A stretch of DNA of 64,000 nucleotides from Daphnia carinata (lineage: Eukaryota): contig NC_081331.1 of assembly GCF_022539665.2 (NCBI RefSeq), positions 13,454,001-13,518,000 of the forward strand, in the 5' to 3' direction. Every line of letters begins with the position of its first letter. Position 1 is the stretch's first letter. Below the pieces are notes generated by a model. The model was not told the DNA's origin. It worked only from the letters and a program-made list of their open reading frames with translations, and made no database searches. Shown in pieces: positions 42,047 to 54,614 of the stretch. A program made the translations under genes and the position numbers.

Positions 42047-44244
42047 CACGATCAGAAAGAGAAGTAGGGCATTCGTAATAATAGGTTGTCATGTAGATTT
42101 ATGTACAATAAGACCAGTAGGCAATGAAGGATGTCGTGGGTTTTAGTCTTCTAATACGTTCAGAATGAAATATATTGGCGTTCAATGTTGCTGAAACATT
42201 TTCGCGATTTGAAAACACATAAATTTCAACATATAAATTAGACGGATATCCATTGTTATCCTTTTGGTAGTAGGGGGTGAAACATTTGCCCACTATTTTG
42301 AATAATAAAACATTTAGAGGATTTTTTTCTGAAATAAAATGTACGTACAAATTAAGGGCCATTGTCGTATCAAGAACGCTTTAAATTAACAGTGAGAGCT
42401 GGTTTTACCCAGCGATATTTGCACATACGCTCAAAGCGATAATCCGTGTAATAGAACCACCAATACATTTTTTTTCTTTTGTGGGGTTTCTTAATGATCA
42501 CTTCAGGCTTAAATAAATTGGTGATACAAATGCGGGAAAACCGCTTAAATTTTGTAATATTATTTTAAGAGCGACAAAGTTCTCAGTGTTCTCAGCACTA
42601 CGGTTTGATTTATTTCTTTGTCCGCAGAAACCGCACGAAATTGCCATCATTCCCCTTTCAAGGGACAATTACTAAACGTACTAAATATTTCGATTATTCG
42701 GATTGACAAATTTAATGGCAATATGAATTTATTTCCGGTTGGACTGTACGGCCAGAGCAAATTCAACGTGTAATAATTTTTCACTCTAAGGCTATGTCGA
42801 AACTCCCGCGTGAGTAAATCAATCACAGGTACCATGTCTTCTGGTTGAACGCTTGAACAGGAAATGCTTTAGATGTGAATCATTACCTACGTCATTTGAG
42901 CTTCAGCAATTGTGGTTTCAAAAAAAAGCCTTGTGTTGGAAACGGTCAAGCATTATGCGTCAATACATAAAGAGTCAAGAAACCTTTGTTTCTCCATATA
43001 CGTAATACCTGTTACGCAATGCAAAAATGAACGCTCTGACTCACTGAGTGTTCTTATTTTATACACCAAAAAGTGTATTGTAATGCCATGTAAGGCATAC
43101 TGTGTGTACAAAAACCACAGGTGGAAAATTACAAAAGATTCAGTTGAAATCGTTTTACATGCTGCAGAGGAACAAGGGAAAAGAAAAAGAGGGAGCCAGT
43201 GACAAAAAAAAAAACAGGGACACGCACAAAATCGCGGGATCAACAAGCATAGGGCTCTGAATGAAAGGATCGAGTTACGTGTCGTCGAAATATTGGTGGT
43301 AGACTGAGATGGCTGGTGAAAAACATGGCGATTAAATATTCTTCTTTATCAGTCTTTCGTAAGGCAGTCTGAAGAGGAAAGAGAAGGGCGAGAAAAATTA
43401 TGGGCTTCTGGATAGGAGGAAAATGTTTGGAGAAGATAAAGAAGAAAAAAAAATAATCTAACGATAAAATCGTACAAAATGGCGTCAAAAAACAGCACAG
43501 GCTACGATGACATGACATCCAATCATGTGAATTAAGATCGACGTTTTTCTCTCTTTTCTCTGTTGAACTCGCCTTGGCAAAAATCTAGTAATGATATAGT
43601 TTTCTGTATGTACAATTTTCATTAATTCATCAACTTGACAATAATCGATTCGGACCCACAAAAACGTAGACAAAAGTGCCAGAAAAAAAATTTAAGCTTG
43701 TGTGTACCGTGAACCGCCACAGCCAAATAAACCCGCCTTGTTTTCCTGTTACTGTATCTATAATGAATTAAAGAGAGGAAAACAATCTTATATATATAAA
43801 AAAAATGTTCAACATAGATTGATTGATGTACAAATATTAGAAAGAGCTGGGTTGAAAAAAAAAAAGATGATTCACCAACTCGCTTCCACTATACGAGCGT
43901 TTTCTCTCTTTGTTGATTTCTTTTTGCTTTTGCCAGTGGAGTTACCAAACTAAAATTGAAAACGGCGCGGAGAAAAAAAAAGTATAAATTACAAGTGATT
44001 TTAAATGTCTGAAACTGGCGGCAGGCCAACATGTTCCAGCAGTCACACAACACAAAAAAAACGAAGGAAAATGAGAAGCAAAAAAAAAAGAATTGTTGGA
44101 TAGAGAACAAGGTTTAAAGGACTCAAATTTGAATAAAGGAAAGAGATTTAAGATGGAGGGGAAGGGGAATAAATCTAAAGGTAAAGCGCGCTTGGATGTT
44201 TTCAAATCATCTGTGGCTCTCTAATGCACACGTTCCATCATATC

Positions 44245-46132
44245 TCAGTCCGTTTTCTGACTGCAGTACAGTTCCTTGAGCGACTTGAGCTCCTCGATCA
44301 AGGCCTTGTTCTGGTTCTCGAGTACGGCTACCCGATTCTCCAGACATTTGATGTATTCCTTCTTCTTCCGGCGGCATTCACGAGCCGCTTCCCGATTCTT
44401 CAACAGCCGAAGTTCACGCTTTTGCAGCGTCGGCTCCGACGGGTCCCACTCGTCGCTGTGATTTCCGCTACTACAAAACACAAAACCGTTTAGAGAAATC
44501 GTTTTGAACATCGCATTTTCAACGTGTTACTTACTTTCCCTTCATACGTAGTTCGTGATTCCGTGAGGCTTCTTCCGCCAAAAGTTTGGAATTCTAACGA
44601 CAAACGATAACGATTGAGTCAATATTTTTTCAACTGGCTAAACAAAGGCCTTTTTCTAAAAAAAAAACCTGTAAGCTTTGTCCGGTGCCGCTTCCAACGA
44701 CAACACCCGTTGAATTAAGGCCGGCCGTGGTCGTGACGGGACGTATTGCGTACGCTTGAAGATCACCAGTAACACAAACTACAATAAGAGACAATGATAG
44801 TACAAAGTTAAATCTATCTGGTCATTTTGAATTAACAAAAAGTAGGGTGCAATAAGTTGGAAGAGGTCAGACGGGACGACAAATACGAAAGGAAAGGATG
44901 GAATACGGATAGGCAACGTTTTTTTCCGCAACCAACCTGGCACAAAAAATTGGCCGTCCTGACCCTGAGCGTACTGGACAATAGCACCTCCTCCCGGCGT
45001 ATTTGTCATAGTGAGGGTAGGCAGTGTTTGACCACCACCATCGCCCAAACCCTGGCTTGTATTGCCGGCTGTTGTAGCCAGTTGGATGGTTCCGCCAGGT
45101 AGGACTATAGAATATGTCATAGTTGAAGATTGTTTGAAAACAAAAAAAATGTACCAACAATGGGTTGTTTGAAAAATAAAGAAAAAAAAGAGAGAAAGAA
45201 GAAATAAATAAAAATGAGAAGATAAGAGAGCCAAGATTTGGGGGTCTAATAATACCTTTGATTAAACCAGCTGTGGTCTGATAGTGCGTGCCAGAGATAG
45301 CGACCGACGAGGCCCTTTGATTATGGCTGGAAGGGGGAGCGGGCGAAGAACTGCTGCTATCCGAATCGATCCCGCCAGGCGAGTCTCCTTTGTCTTCTGC
45401 AAAAAACAAAAGAAAAGAAATAAGGCGTTAAGAGTTGTCGAAAGCAGCCGTGACGGCGCTATTGTACGAAAAAGAAAAAAACTTGCCGGAAATCTCGCAA
45501 CCTCCTAGCTCGTTGAGAATTTTCCTGTAAGATGGCCGACGCGCCAGGATTTCGCGCCTTTTTTTGGTGTTCTCGTCTTCGTGTAGACCGCTATTATCAA
45601 TCACCTGGCGGTGAACAAAACATCGGGTCGAGAGCCAAAAAAAGAAGCTCAATCAGATAACAAAAAAAAAAAGGACGCTAGTTTATATATAGTTCTACTT
45701 GTAATGTCTGGATGGCTCCGCCGCCTCCACCACCGCCAGTAGTGTGTATGACGGAATTTGGCTTGCTCACTAAAATGATGTTGCCTTTGGGTAGGGAGTT
45801 GGCTTGTAGACTAGGCGTACTCTGAATGACGGATGTCGGCTGTATCACCGATTGCACCTTGGAAAAAAAAAATACAAGTGAGATAACAGTGTGAAATAAC
45901 AAACACGAGCCCGATAAAGGGCAATCAAGAAATAAGGCCGACTTACTTGAGCTTGCGGCACAGAAACGTGAACAATACTGATGGCGGACGATGATTGGGA
46001 ATGACTGGGATTGGAACCACCGCCGTTGCCTCCGCCGCTACCTCTTCCTCCGTTTAAAGCTGGACTTTCTCCCGCACCGCTGTTATGTGGATCACTCTCG
46101 CCGGATCCGTCATTGGTGTCCACCAAGTCCAT
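44245..46132 (-). CDS. CREB: cAMP response element-binding protein (CREB1/CREM/ATF1 family), about 388 aa, 8 coding exons
   Basis: Exons 46132-45947, 45857-45699, 45604-45487, 45396-45256, 45104-44937, 44778-44669, 44593-44535, 44470-44245 (1167 nt). KID domain KKRREILARRPSYRKILNEL, Q2 region IVQYAQGQDGQFFVP and bZIP KRELRLLKNREAARECRRKKKEYIKCLENRVAVLENQNKALIEELKSLKELYC. Confidence 0.95.
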
Positions 46133-46610
46133 GATCCCTCAACTCAAGGCCTGATCTGCAAATACACACACAAACATACGATATCCAGATGAAATGAACA
46201 ACGTTGCAAATTCCATATCCATACAATCATCACACAACCGGCCGTCAAAATATAGGGGGACGCACCTTGAATACATTTTGCCGACGGCTCAAAACACTTT
46301 GACGGGCTTGTTTCAACTCAACACCACGCATACGGTCAACACAAGACGTAATTTCAACCACAGTTTCTATCCTATCTTTTTTTTTTTTGGCTACCGAAAA
46401 AGGGTGTAATAATAAAAAAAAAAAGGTGAAACAAAGTAAACGTTGGCCAACTGATGCTGGTGAAAGGCGCTGTAAAAATTGACTGGCTGTATTGTGTGTG
46501 TGTATTAACAACTCTTGTCGCACGACCGCCCGGACCGACCGCACGACCGCGGTTGTATGCGGGGAGTGGAGAAAAAGGCGATAGAGAGAAGCCGGAAACT
46601 GGAATACCTA

Positions 46611-46636
46611 CGTCACGCTGACGTCATCCGCTGACG
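46611..46636. promoter_or_regulatory. Cluster of cAMP response elements upstream of the CREB start codon
   Basis: Half site CGTCA (46611-46615), full palindrome TGACGTCA (46619-46626) and half site TGACG (46632-46636) within 26 bp. Confidence 0.7.
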
Positions 46637-47470
46637 CACACAGCCCTCCCACCGTATTATTCATTACTTTTAGCCCACCACCCTCTCTCCTCTTCACTTT
46701 AAAAAAAAAAAAAGCTAGCTAAATTCCACTCTTTTGAAACCGCAAAAGGATGAAAAGAAAAATAACTCGGAAATTTTTTTTTTCGGTTCTCTTTGTGGCC
46801 AGATATTTAGTTATCTCTTATAGAGTGAAACCAATTGCATAACGTTCGTTTCTACGTGGGAGCTAACCTTGCCAGTTACGGTTTTTCTAAACTTGTAAAT
46901 GTAAGCTGGTTGTCCTTGCTTTTGCCCATTGGCGGGTGGGATCGTGCAATAAAGTCGGTTTGAAAAACAAAGGAGCTTTTGGACATTGAACGAAAGGAGG
47001 AAAAATTATTGCTGGATCGTAATTCACTATGGCGAACGGTGGCAGAATGAAAAGAAGGCGAGTTCGTCATCAACACACACACACACATACACAACACATT
47101 GAAGCAGACTACACAAACTGTTTCTCGAAGTGGCGCCTCAGTTGGTCTCTCTTGTGATTGTTTGCACAAATACTAAATGAGAGCAAACACTCGACAGAAA
47201 ATGCAAATGGCCTTCAATTTGGTCGAATAATTTCATCACGTTCAACAGGAATGACTAACACACAACTGTATGTGTTTTTTTTTTTTTCAAAGTTCAGAGT
47301 TTCAGAGAAAAAAAAAATCAATCGGCTATACTGTAGTGCGTGTGGCAGGGTATTATGGTCGAATGAAAGTGATCTACCACCACATCCCAGGTCTAAGCAT
47401 GAAATCCATAATAGGCTAGAACTAGTTTTCAGAAATACGTACATATTGCTATTTGTTACAACAAACTTAC

Positions 47471-47650
47471 CCGAAAGGTGAGAGAGAGAGTTATTAAGAG
47501 ATGGTGGCGACGTCAGAGAGTTAGGGAGGGTAAAGAGGGTGGTGGTCGGGAGGGGACCAACCCTGGACAGCCGTTCCGACACGGACGCGGGGCTGACACG
47601 TAACACATACACACAGCCACGTCAAAATGGAGGCTGTCGCGTCACTGAAT
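47471..47650 (-). other. Probable non-coding first exon or promoter of CREB
   Basis: Minus-strand donor GG|GTAAGT at 47470 and acceptor TTTGCAG near 46156, just upstream of the ATG. The segment is GC-rich with CGTCA half sites near 47511, 47620 and 47640. The 5' limit is unknown. Confidence 0.4.
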
Positions 47651-50170
47651 GCGTCTCTATTCAACTTTTGCTTACGTATATCAGCCTGTGGCTCCTCTCA
47701 CGCGCGCTACACAACGATATGGCGCTAGCACAAGCTTTCGTTAAAGGCTCCTCCCACCAAAAACATCACAGACTAGGCATACAGAGAAAGCAAGATGGAG
47801 GCGACGCTTCGACGACTCTTGCTAGTCGTTGCTTGCTAGCTATATTGCCTACTCACGGCACGCACAGAACAGAGAGACAGGCTTCAAGGCCTTCAACTCG
47901 ATTGGTCACAATGGGCACGATACCTCATATCGGGAATTTTTTTTTCTCAAGAGTGATTAAAACAACAAATCTCGAACACAAACGCCTAAGGAACTGAATA
48001 ACTGAAACAGTGGACGAGCGATACAAATCGATTTGTTTTTATGTATCGATAATCGCGCAATTCACTTGTATTCTGGCCATTAAGCATGACGAAACGGAGA
48101 GCTAAAATCTAAATATTCCGCGCCATCTTTGAACCAGTTTCGGAGAACTGGTATTGTCGTCTGCCAACACAACCTTGGATAGCTGGCTTTCGGCTAGAAA
48201 TAATATTTCGAAAAAACGTTCTACGGTGGATCAAAATACATGCGAAAAAAATTATACAGACAATCACAATATTTCCTATGGTAGTGACGTTACCTTCTCA
48301 TTGTTTTCCAGGTCTCTTTTTTTAAAATGACATTGACGAAATATTCCTTAGTAGTCAAGAAAATCTAATGGGATTTTGTAAGAATTATTTCATCAGCAGT
48401 ATCTATTGAAGGAAAACACAAGTTAATGATGTTTCCACTAAACAGGGAAAAGTTTCGTAAATTTATATTATACAGCCGTTTATTTACCTTTCCTAGTGAT
48501 ACGTTTGGTGTGAATTGATGTTCACTATCTTGGTTGTGACTTCCTTACAGTTTCTCACTCAATAAACTTCATCTAGAAAAGCCAAAGTTCTCATTCACTA
48601 ATCTCTCAAGATAACACACTGCCCTGGAAGCTTTTTGTCAGTAGTGCCACTAAAGAACGTCCATAAGAAGACTAGCGATAAAATTGTCTCGGTCGTGATT
48701 ATTAAGTTAGGTTCCACACGTGTCGAGGAGTGCAGTCAGCTCGGTGCAGTTTCCAGCTCGAATCCTATTCGTTTAAGTTTTCTTTGAAACGTATTCCACT
48801 AGAACCATCTGCGCCACATTCAGAATAAAGTGTACAAGTTTACCTAGTAACACTTAAATTTTCTTCGAAAATTGCGATTATTGAAATAATGTTGCCGTAA
48901 TATTGAAATCAGAGGCTGAAAAATCCCGTTGTCGTCATCAACACATGTTATGGTCTTATTTATTAACATGGCCGTGGAATATGACTGTGTGCAAATAGGA
49001 TTAACTTGCATTTCTTTGTAGCGTCGTCATTGATTAATGAAGTTCTAGCATGTGTAGTTCTATACCAATTGCTTTGGATTAATTTATTACACAGTCAACT
49101 AATGAAAGCACGGAGACAAATTTTAAAAAATGGCAAAAGCTTACGTAGACAAAAAGGAGTTGCTCGGCCCTATTGTTACGTAGTCCATGCTGCTATTTTG
49201 TTTGTTTGTGGTTCCTGTAGTTCACAATTTAGCCGGCGCGAGCGCCACAGCAGCCGAACATTCTCTCGCCGGTAGGGTTTTAGCGAAATTTCTATCAGGT
49301 CCTGTTTTCCCATCGTTTCTTGTCTGCACTCCGCAATGACGTAAATAGCTGTTGTAATGTTCTCATCATACGCATCTCCAAAAGCCAAAAGGTAAAATAT
49401 GAATGAGGTGACTTCATCGGACTGGTTTAAAGCGGATTTTTTTTCCTCAATAAAGACTAACTGTTCTTTAATGGCTATTAATCGGCAAGTTCCTTGCAGA
49501 GTTCTATGACAATGGTTTTCAATGCAGCAACCTGCTCTCATGAATTCCAACTGACGCACCCAAAGGAATTGAATCAGGAAAACTTTCGTACATTCCATAC
49601 CTTTCGTATGAAGCGTGCATTAAAGGTTCATGGGATATTCTTAACAATCCTAGGTCTGCTTAAAAAGTAATGCAACACAGTCTACAGGAAATAGCAAGCC
49701 TTTCAAATAATCTAAAAATATGCAAACCCCAAATATTTTAAACACGTTGGATCTCTCAATAGGTATTGGCACCCTTTGGAGCAGTGCGTGCATCCTTCGA
49801 TTGCGCAACTAGCGGTGGAAAAATGAAAATGCTGGAAATTTTCTTAAAATAAATTATGTTTTAGTTAATGGTAATTAACGTATAATTTTCAAATTATTCA
49901 ATACGTTCAAATTCGCAATGGAAACTCTGTCTAAGACTGACAGTGGCAGTGTGTTTCTCTAGAATGTCAATAACATTGTCAATAACATGTCATCACTGGT
50001 AAGAAGAGGCTTTTGTTTTCCGCTTTGTTTATTATGACTATAGACGCTTTTATTTTTAAAGGAAGGGAATAAATTCGAATCCAGATTTGACACTACCATG
50101 AGCATTTATGGTCTCACTTTATCCCAGTAATTTTTTTTTCACCGTTAACTTCATTTATTAAAAAGAAAGA

Positions 50171-53100
50171 ATGGAAGAATCTACAGATGCCAGTGAAAAG
50201 TCTATATCTATGGGCCCGGCGAACCTCATCAGTCAAGAAGAACCGAGCAACGAACCTGTGCATTCAACGATCTCAGATGCTAGTTTTGTGTCACCCACAA
50301 GAAACCAATTAAGTCATGCAATGGGAAGTTTGTCTATTTCCTCCATCACAAATGCAGACAGTAGCCAAATTGCTCATTTGCATGCTGCATTTTCTCCAGA
50401 TGCAGATTTCAGACCTGACATACTGATGTCAACAGTTAATTCTCGACAGACTTCAACCTCTCAAGAAGATTTGAACATCAGTATGGGACCATTACCTGGT
50501 TTTGACTTTACACGTGAAAGTCAGTCTGAAGAAGATCAAGATGACCACAAACAACCATTAACAAGCCTTGTTGCAAATATCGAAAAATTGGAAGTTAGAC
50601 AAAAAAAACATTGTGAAGTGCAGCAGCCAGTTCCTCCAGTAACACGTGGCTCCAAGAGCATTCAAACAGAAGAATTACAGTGTCATAAATGTGAACAGTT
50701 ACACATTCTGTACAACCAAAAACTTTTGGAAGTAGCAAATGAATTCCAGCAGCAATACACTTCACAATTTCAGATGGTTGAGCAACATGTTGCTGCTTCT
50801 GAGGATGCACAAAAGCAGATAAAAGACTTGGTGGATCAACTAGACGCAGCAGACAAACAGTTAAAAGTATATTCTTTCTAGCTTTTTATTAAATTTAAGT
50901 GGTCACAGTAATTCATGTTTGATGTAGGCAAATCGGGCGTTTTTGGAGCAACAGGCTGTCGAGAGAGAGCAGGAACGAGAAGAGGCCAGCGAACAGCAGA
51001 AAAAACTAGAAGCTTTATTAACCGAAAAGGAAAAAGAATGTGAACGCATGAAAACAAGTATATTGCAACTTACGAATGAGGTTCAGCAACTTCATGAAAC
51101 CCGTAAAGAAAAGGATCGTATTCTACAGGTAGCCATTCAAACTCTAACCAGTGCATACAAGAAAAACAACAGCAAGTAAACCAATGCTTAAATAACATGT
51201 AAAATCACAGGATCACCTTAGTATGCAACAGCGATTGGAGCAACAAAACCAACTTTTGCGAATAAACCAGGCCGATATGGACGAAGAAAACAGTAGCTTG
51301 CAGACTGTTTTGGATGTTAAAGAAAAATTGCTCAAGGCGCAATCGGAGCAAATAGCCGCCCTGCAAAATGAATTAGAAAATCATTTATACGCACATTCGG
51401 AAACGGAAAGAGAAAGCGAAGCCCCAGCAAGTGTCAAACATGATTCGACATTGCAAGATGTAGTGGAAACTTCCCTCGCAGCTTCACGTGCTGAAATGCC
51501 CTCGTTGTTTGATGAACTCCAGCAGATGATTTGCCGCCTTTTACATAAAGTCGAAAACAGTACACGGGCGCTGGAAGCGGCGCAAACTGCCAAGCGAAAA
51601 AGAACGAATAACAATTTATTGAGTCCAAGGACTCAAATAACTCCTTCAACTAGCACAGAAGACATATCCATCAAGTAACAAGTTTCCACCATTTAAAATA
51701 ATCGGTATGCATTATACAAAACGCTATTTTCCTTTTATCAAACAGGGATAAAAATCCCAGGGGACTTGATGATCTGCGTGACTTGTCCAGCCCATCACCG
51801 ACAGGTGAAAACGGCACTAATAACCCCGAACGTGCACTCAACTTCCTGCAACAGCTGGACGGGAAACTGGCGATATTGAGTATACAATTGATAGAGAATT
51901 CCAGTTGATCTTGTGTGAAATAGGTTCTTAAACGTTTTCTGTAGGTCGTATAGAAGAAGCTGCATGTAAACGCATAGCAGATCTTGAAGCAGAACTACAT
52001 CGCGTTTGCCAGTCGGAAAAGCGTAGCGTTTCGAGAGCGGCCGAGTTAGAACAGCAATATCAACAACACCGGTTGTTGCTACAGGTAAGACCAGCTTTCT
52101 TAATAAAATCAGTGCAAAATGAAATGCCCATTTTTTCTAATCGTAGGATGTCGATGCGGAAAAACATGAACTTCAAGTGGAGCATACAGAATTATTGAAA
52201 CGCATTTCCTCTTTGGAAAATCGGCTAGAAGAACAAAGACGATCAGCGGCCCTTGGAGCCTCGCAAAATATGCACGCCGAGAAGTGCCGCACCCTATCAG
52301 AGGAGAAACAGCAACTGCAGCTGATTGTCCAGGAGAAAGATGAATCACTCGCTAGTATGCAGAAGCAGATGGGCGACTTACATCAACGAATCGACAAACT
52401 TATGAAAGCTATTCAAGAAAAAGAACAAGAGTCCACTAGGCGAACCCAAGATGATTATTCCCAAAGCAGTGTAGAACGTTTACGAGACGCTCCTCACCAG
52501 GACGGTAGCATGACGTGGTCTAAACTCGGTCCGCAGAATTCTCCTGTCCCGCTCAGTCCCATATACCAACCACACAATCAGTATCATCAAACGGCACAGC
52601 TCAAACATCAAGAGACGGCACATGCGCTCTCCATGGAAGTGGCCGAACTCAAAGACAAGCTAATAAAATGCGAGAAAGAGCGACAAGTTTTAGAGGATGA
52701 AGCGGCGTCTAACGCCAGTCGTCTGGCTCAACTGGAATCACTGGAACTACGTAATGCCGCATTAGACGACATGGTAGACGAAGCCGAGCGACAGAAAAAA
52801 GAGTATGAACAGCGTTGCACTGGCCTGGAAAAGGAGCTGGAAGAATGCCGCGGTAAGTTGCAAGACCTGGCAACCGTTCGAGAACGTGGCGTCGCCCTGG
52901 AGAAGGAGCTAAGCCAGTACAAGGCTATGGCGCAGGAAGTGGAAACATCATGTCAATTGCATTTGACCTTGAAAAAAGAATATGAAGAACATAAGCAGGC
53001 AAGCCAAGCAACGATCGATGAATTACAGAAGCAACGCCAAGAGCTGGAAACAACTCTAATTAATCAAAAGAATTTAGCTCAAGAATACGATATCATGCGC

Positions 53101-54614
53101 CGTAGATGTATAGCTCTTGAAACAGAAGCAGCGGCCCAGCGTGGCACGATTACAGCTGTGGAAGTTCTTCAACAGCGCTGCGCTTCTTTACAATCTGATC
53201 TTATTTACCAGCAGCAAACAGCCCAGCAACAGTGCTCAGCACTAAAAGCTCAATTGGATTCAAAGGAGAAGAGGCTTAATGATTTGCAAACAAAATTGAA
53301 GCAATCTGACAGTTGTAAAGCCCAAGTCGAAGAGGCTTTACAGAAGTTGCAGCTTGAAGTCGAGGCGGTCAAAAAGGCCCAGCAACTGCAACAAAAGCAA
53401 AAAAGCGCTGCAACAGCTGATCCTAGAGAATTATCGACGTTGCTAGAAGGCAATTATACTTAATTTTTTAAAAATTTAGATGCCGAATTAAGACGATTTT
53501 GTTAAGTACAGGTCCACCAGCACCACCGGATTTGCTTGCTCCATCTTTCGTGGAATTTCTAGGAAGTGCGACAAGTAGTCGATGTAGCAGTCGAGCAGCT
53601 TCCATCCGCATTGGCAGTCCAGCATATCGAACCGCTGAATCCAGTACTTTAAATGATTTGTCTTTGCCTAATTCCATGGTGGGGAAAACTGCTTTGAAAG
53701 AAGTTCAAAGAGAGAGTGAACAGCTGCTGGCTTTCGGTAAACACATGCTTGAGATGCAACAGAACGCAGCTCAGCAAAAAGCAAACTGTTTGCCGTCAAC
53801 CAATCAGAATATCGAGGTATAACAGTGAATTGCATTTTCGTGCGGCTATGACGTTCAACATTTGTGTATTACAGGATGATCTTGAGACTACGTTAATGCC
53901 AGATGGGGATAGTTTTGTAGCTGGAGTCAATCCAGCTGAGGTAGAATTAACTAGAAAAATGCAGCTACTTAGGACGGAACTTGCAATGGAGCGACTCTTG
54001 TTGCAAGATCAGCGAACAGCCAACTCACGCCTCCAACAACAGGTTTAATCTCTCTCTCAAAAGACGATAGTGAAATTAAAAAATAACACTGTCATCCTGT
54101 TTTGTTGACTTTTGCAGGTGATGCAATTAATTGCGCAACAGAGAAACCAGCCGGTCAAATCCCAGCCGTCTCAAAAATCAATTTCAGCATACCGATCTCT
54201 TCCACCGGAACAAGCCACCAAAGTACCACCGTTTAACCACCTCATTGTTTTTTATTGTTAATCCCCCACTTTTCTGTTTATCTAGTTTCTCCAGTATCGA
54301 GCCCTCAAATTAGAAAGTATACGCAAAAATTTAATCTACCAGAAAAAGTTTCTTTCAACCATTGCCAACGAATGGGATCAGAACCATAATCAACGAACAG
54401 AGAAGGCGTTCGAACCTAAGAAGGCCTTGCGATGTTTCAGGTATGTACTTCAAATAGATTTAATGCATTTTATTTCTGTTTAGGGAATGGTATGTAATTA
54501 AATTGTCTCAGGGTCGCTGTTTTTACCGTCATATCGATTCAGAGGATGCGCTACGTGGTGAGGCTGTGGCGCCAAAGAAGGCGGGCGATCGAAGCTCAAC
54601 CTTCGTCTGACTGA
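50171..54614 (+). CDS. Pericentrin/AKAP9-like coiled-coil protein with a C-terminal PACT domain, about 1257 aa, 11 exons
   Basis: Exons 50171-50866, 50928-51128, 51211-51674, 51746-51879, 51945-52084, 52147-53449, 53512-53816, 53875-54042, 54118-54222, 54286-54440, 54512-54614 (3774 nt). Conserved block KQLKANRAFLEQQAVEREQEREE and PACT-like YRALKLESIRKNLIYQKKFL...FRVAVFTVISIQRMRYVVRLW. Confidence 0.82.

Noticed and set aside
48044..48129. DRE-like TATCGATA and YY1-like CGCCATCTT motifs as a separate promoter
   Set aside because: Single short motifs with no transcript or ORF that I can assign to them.
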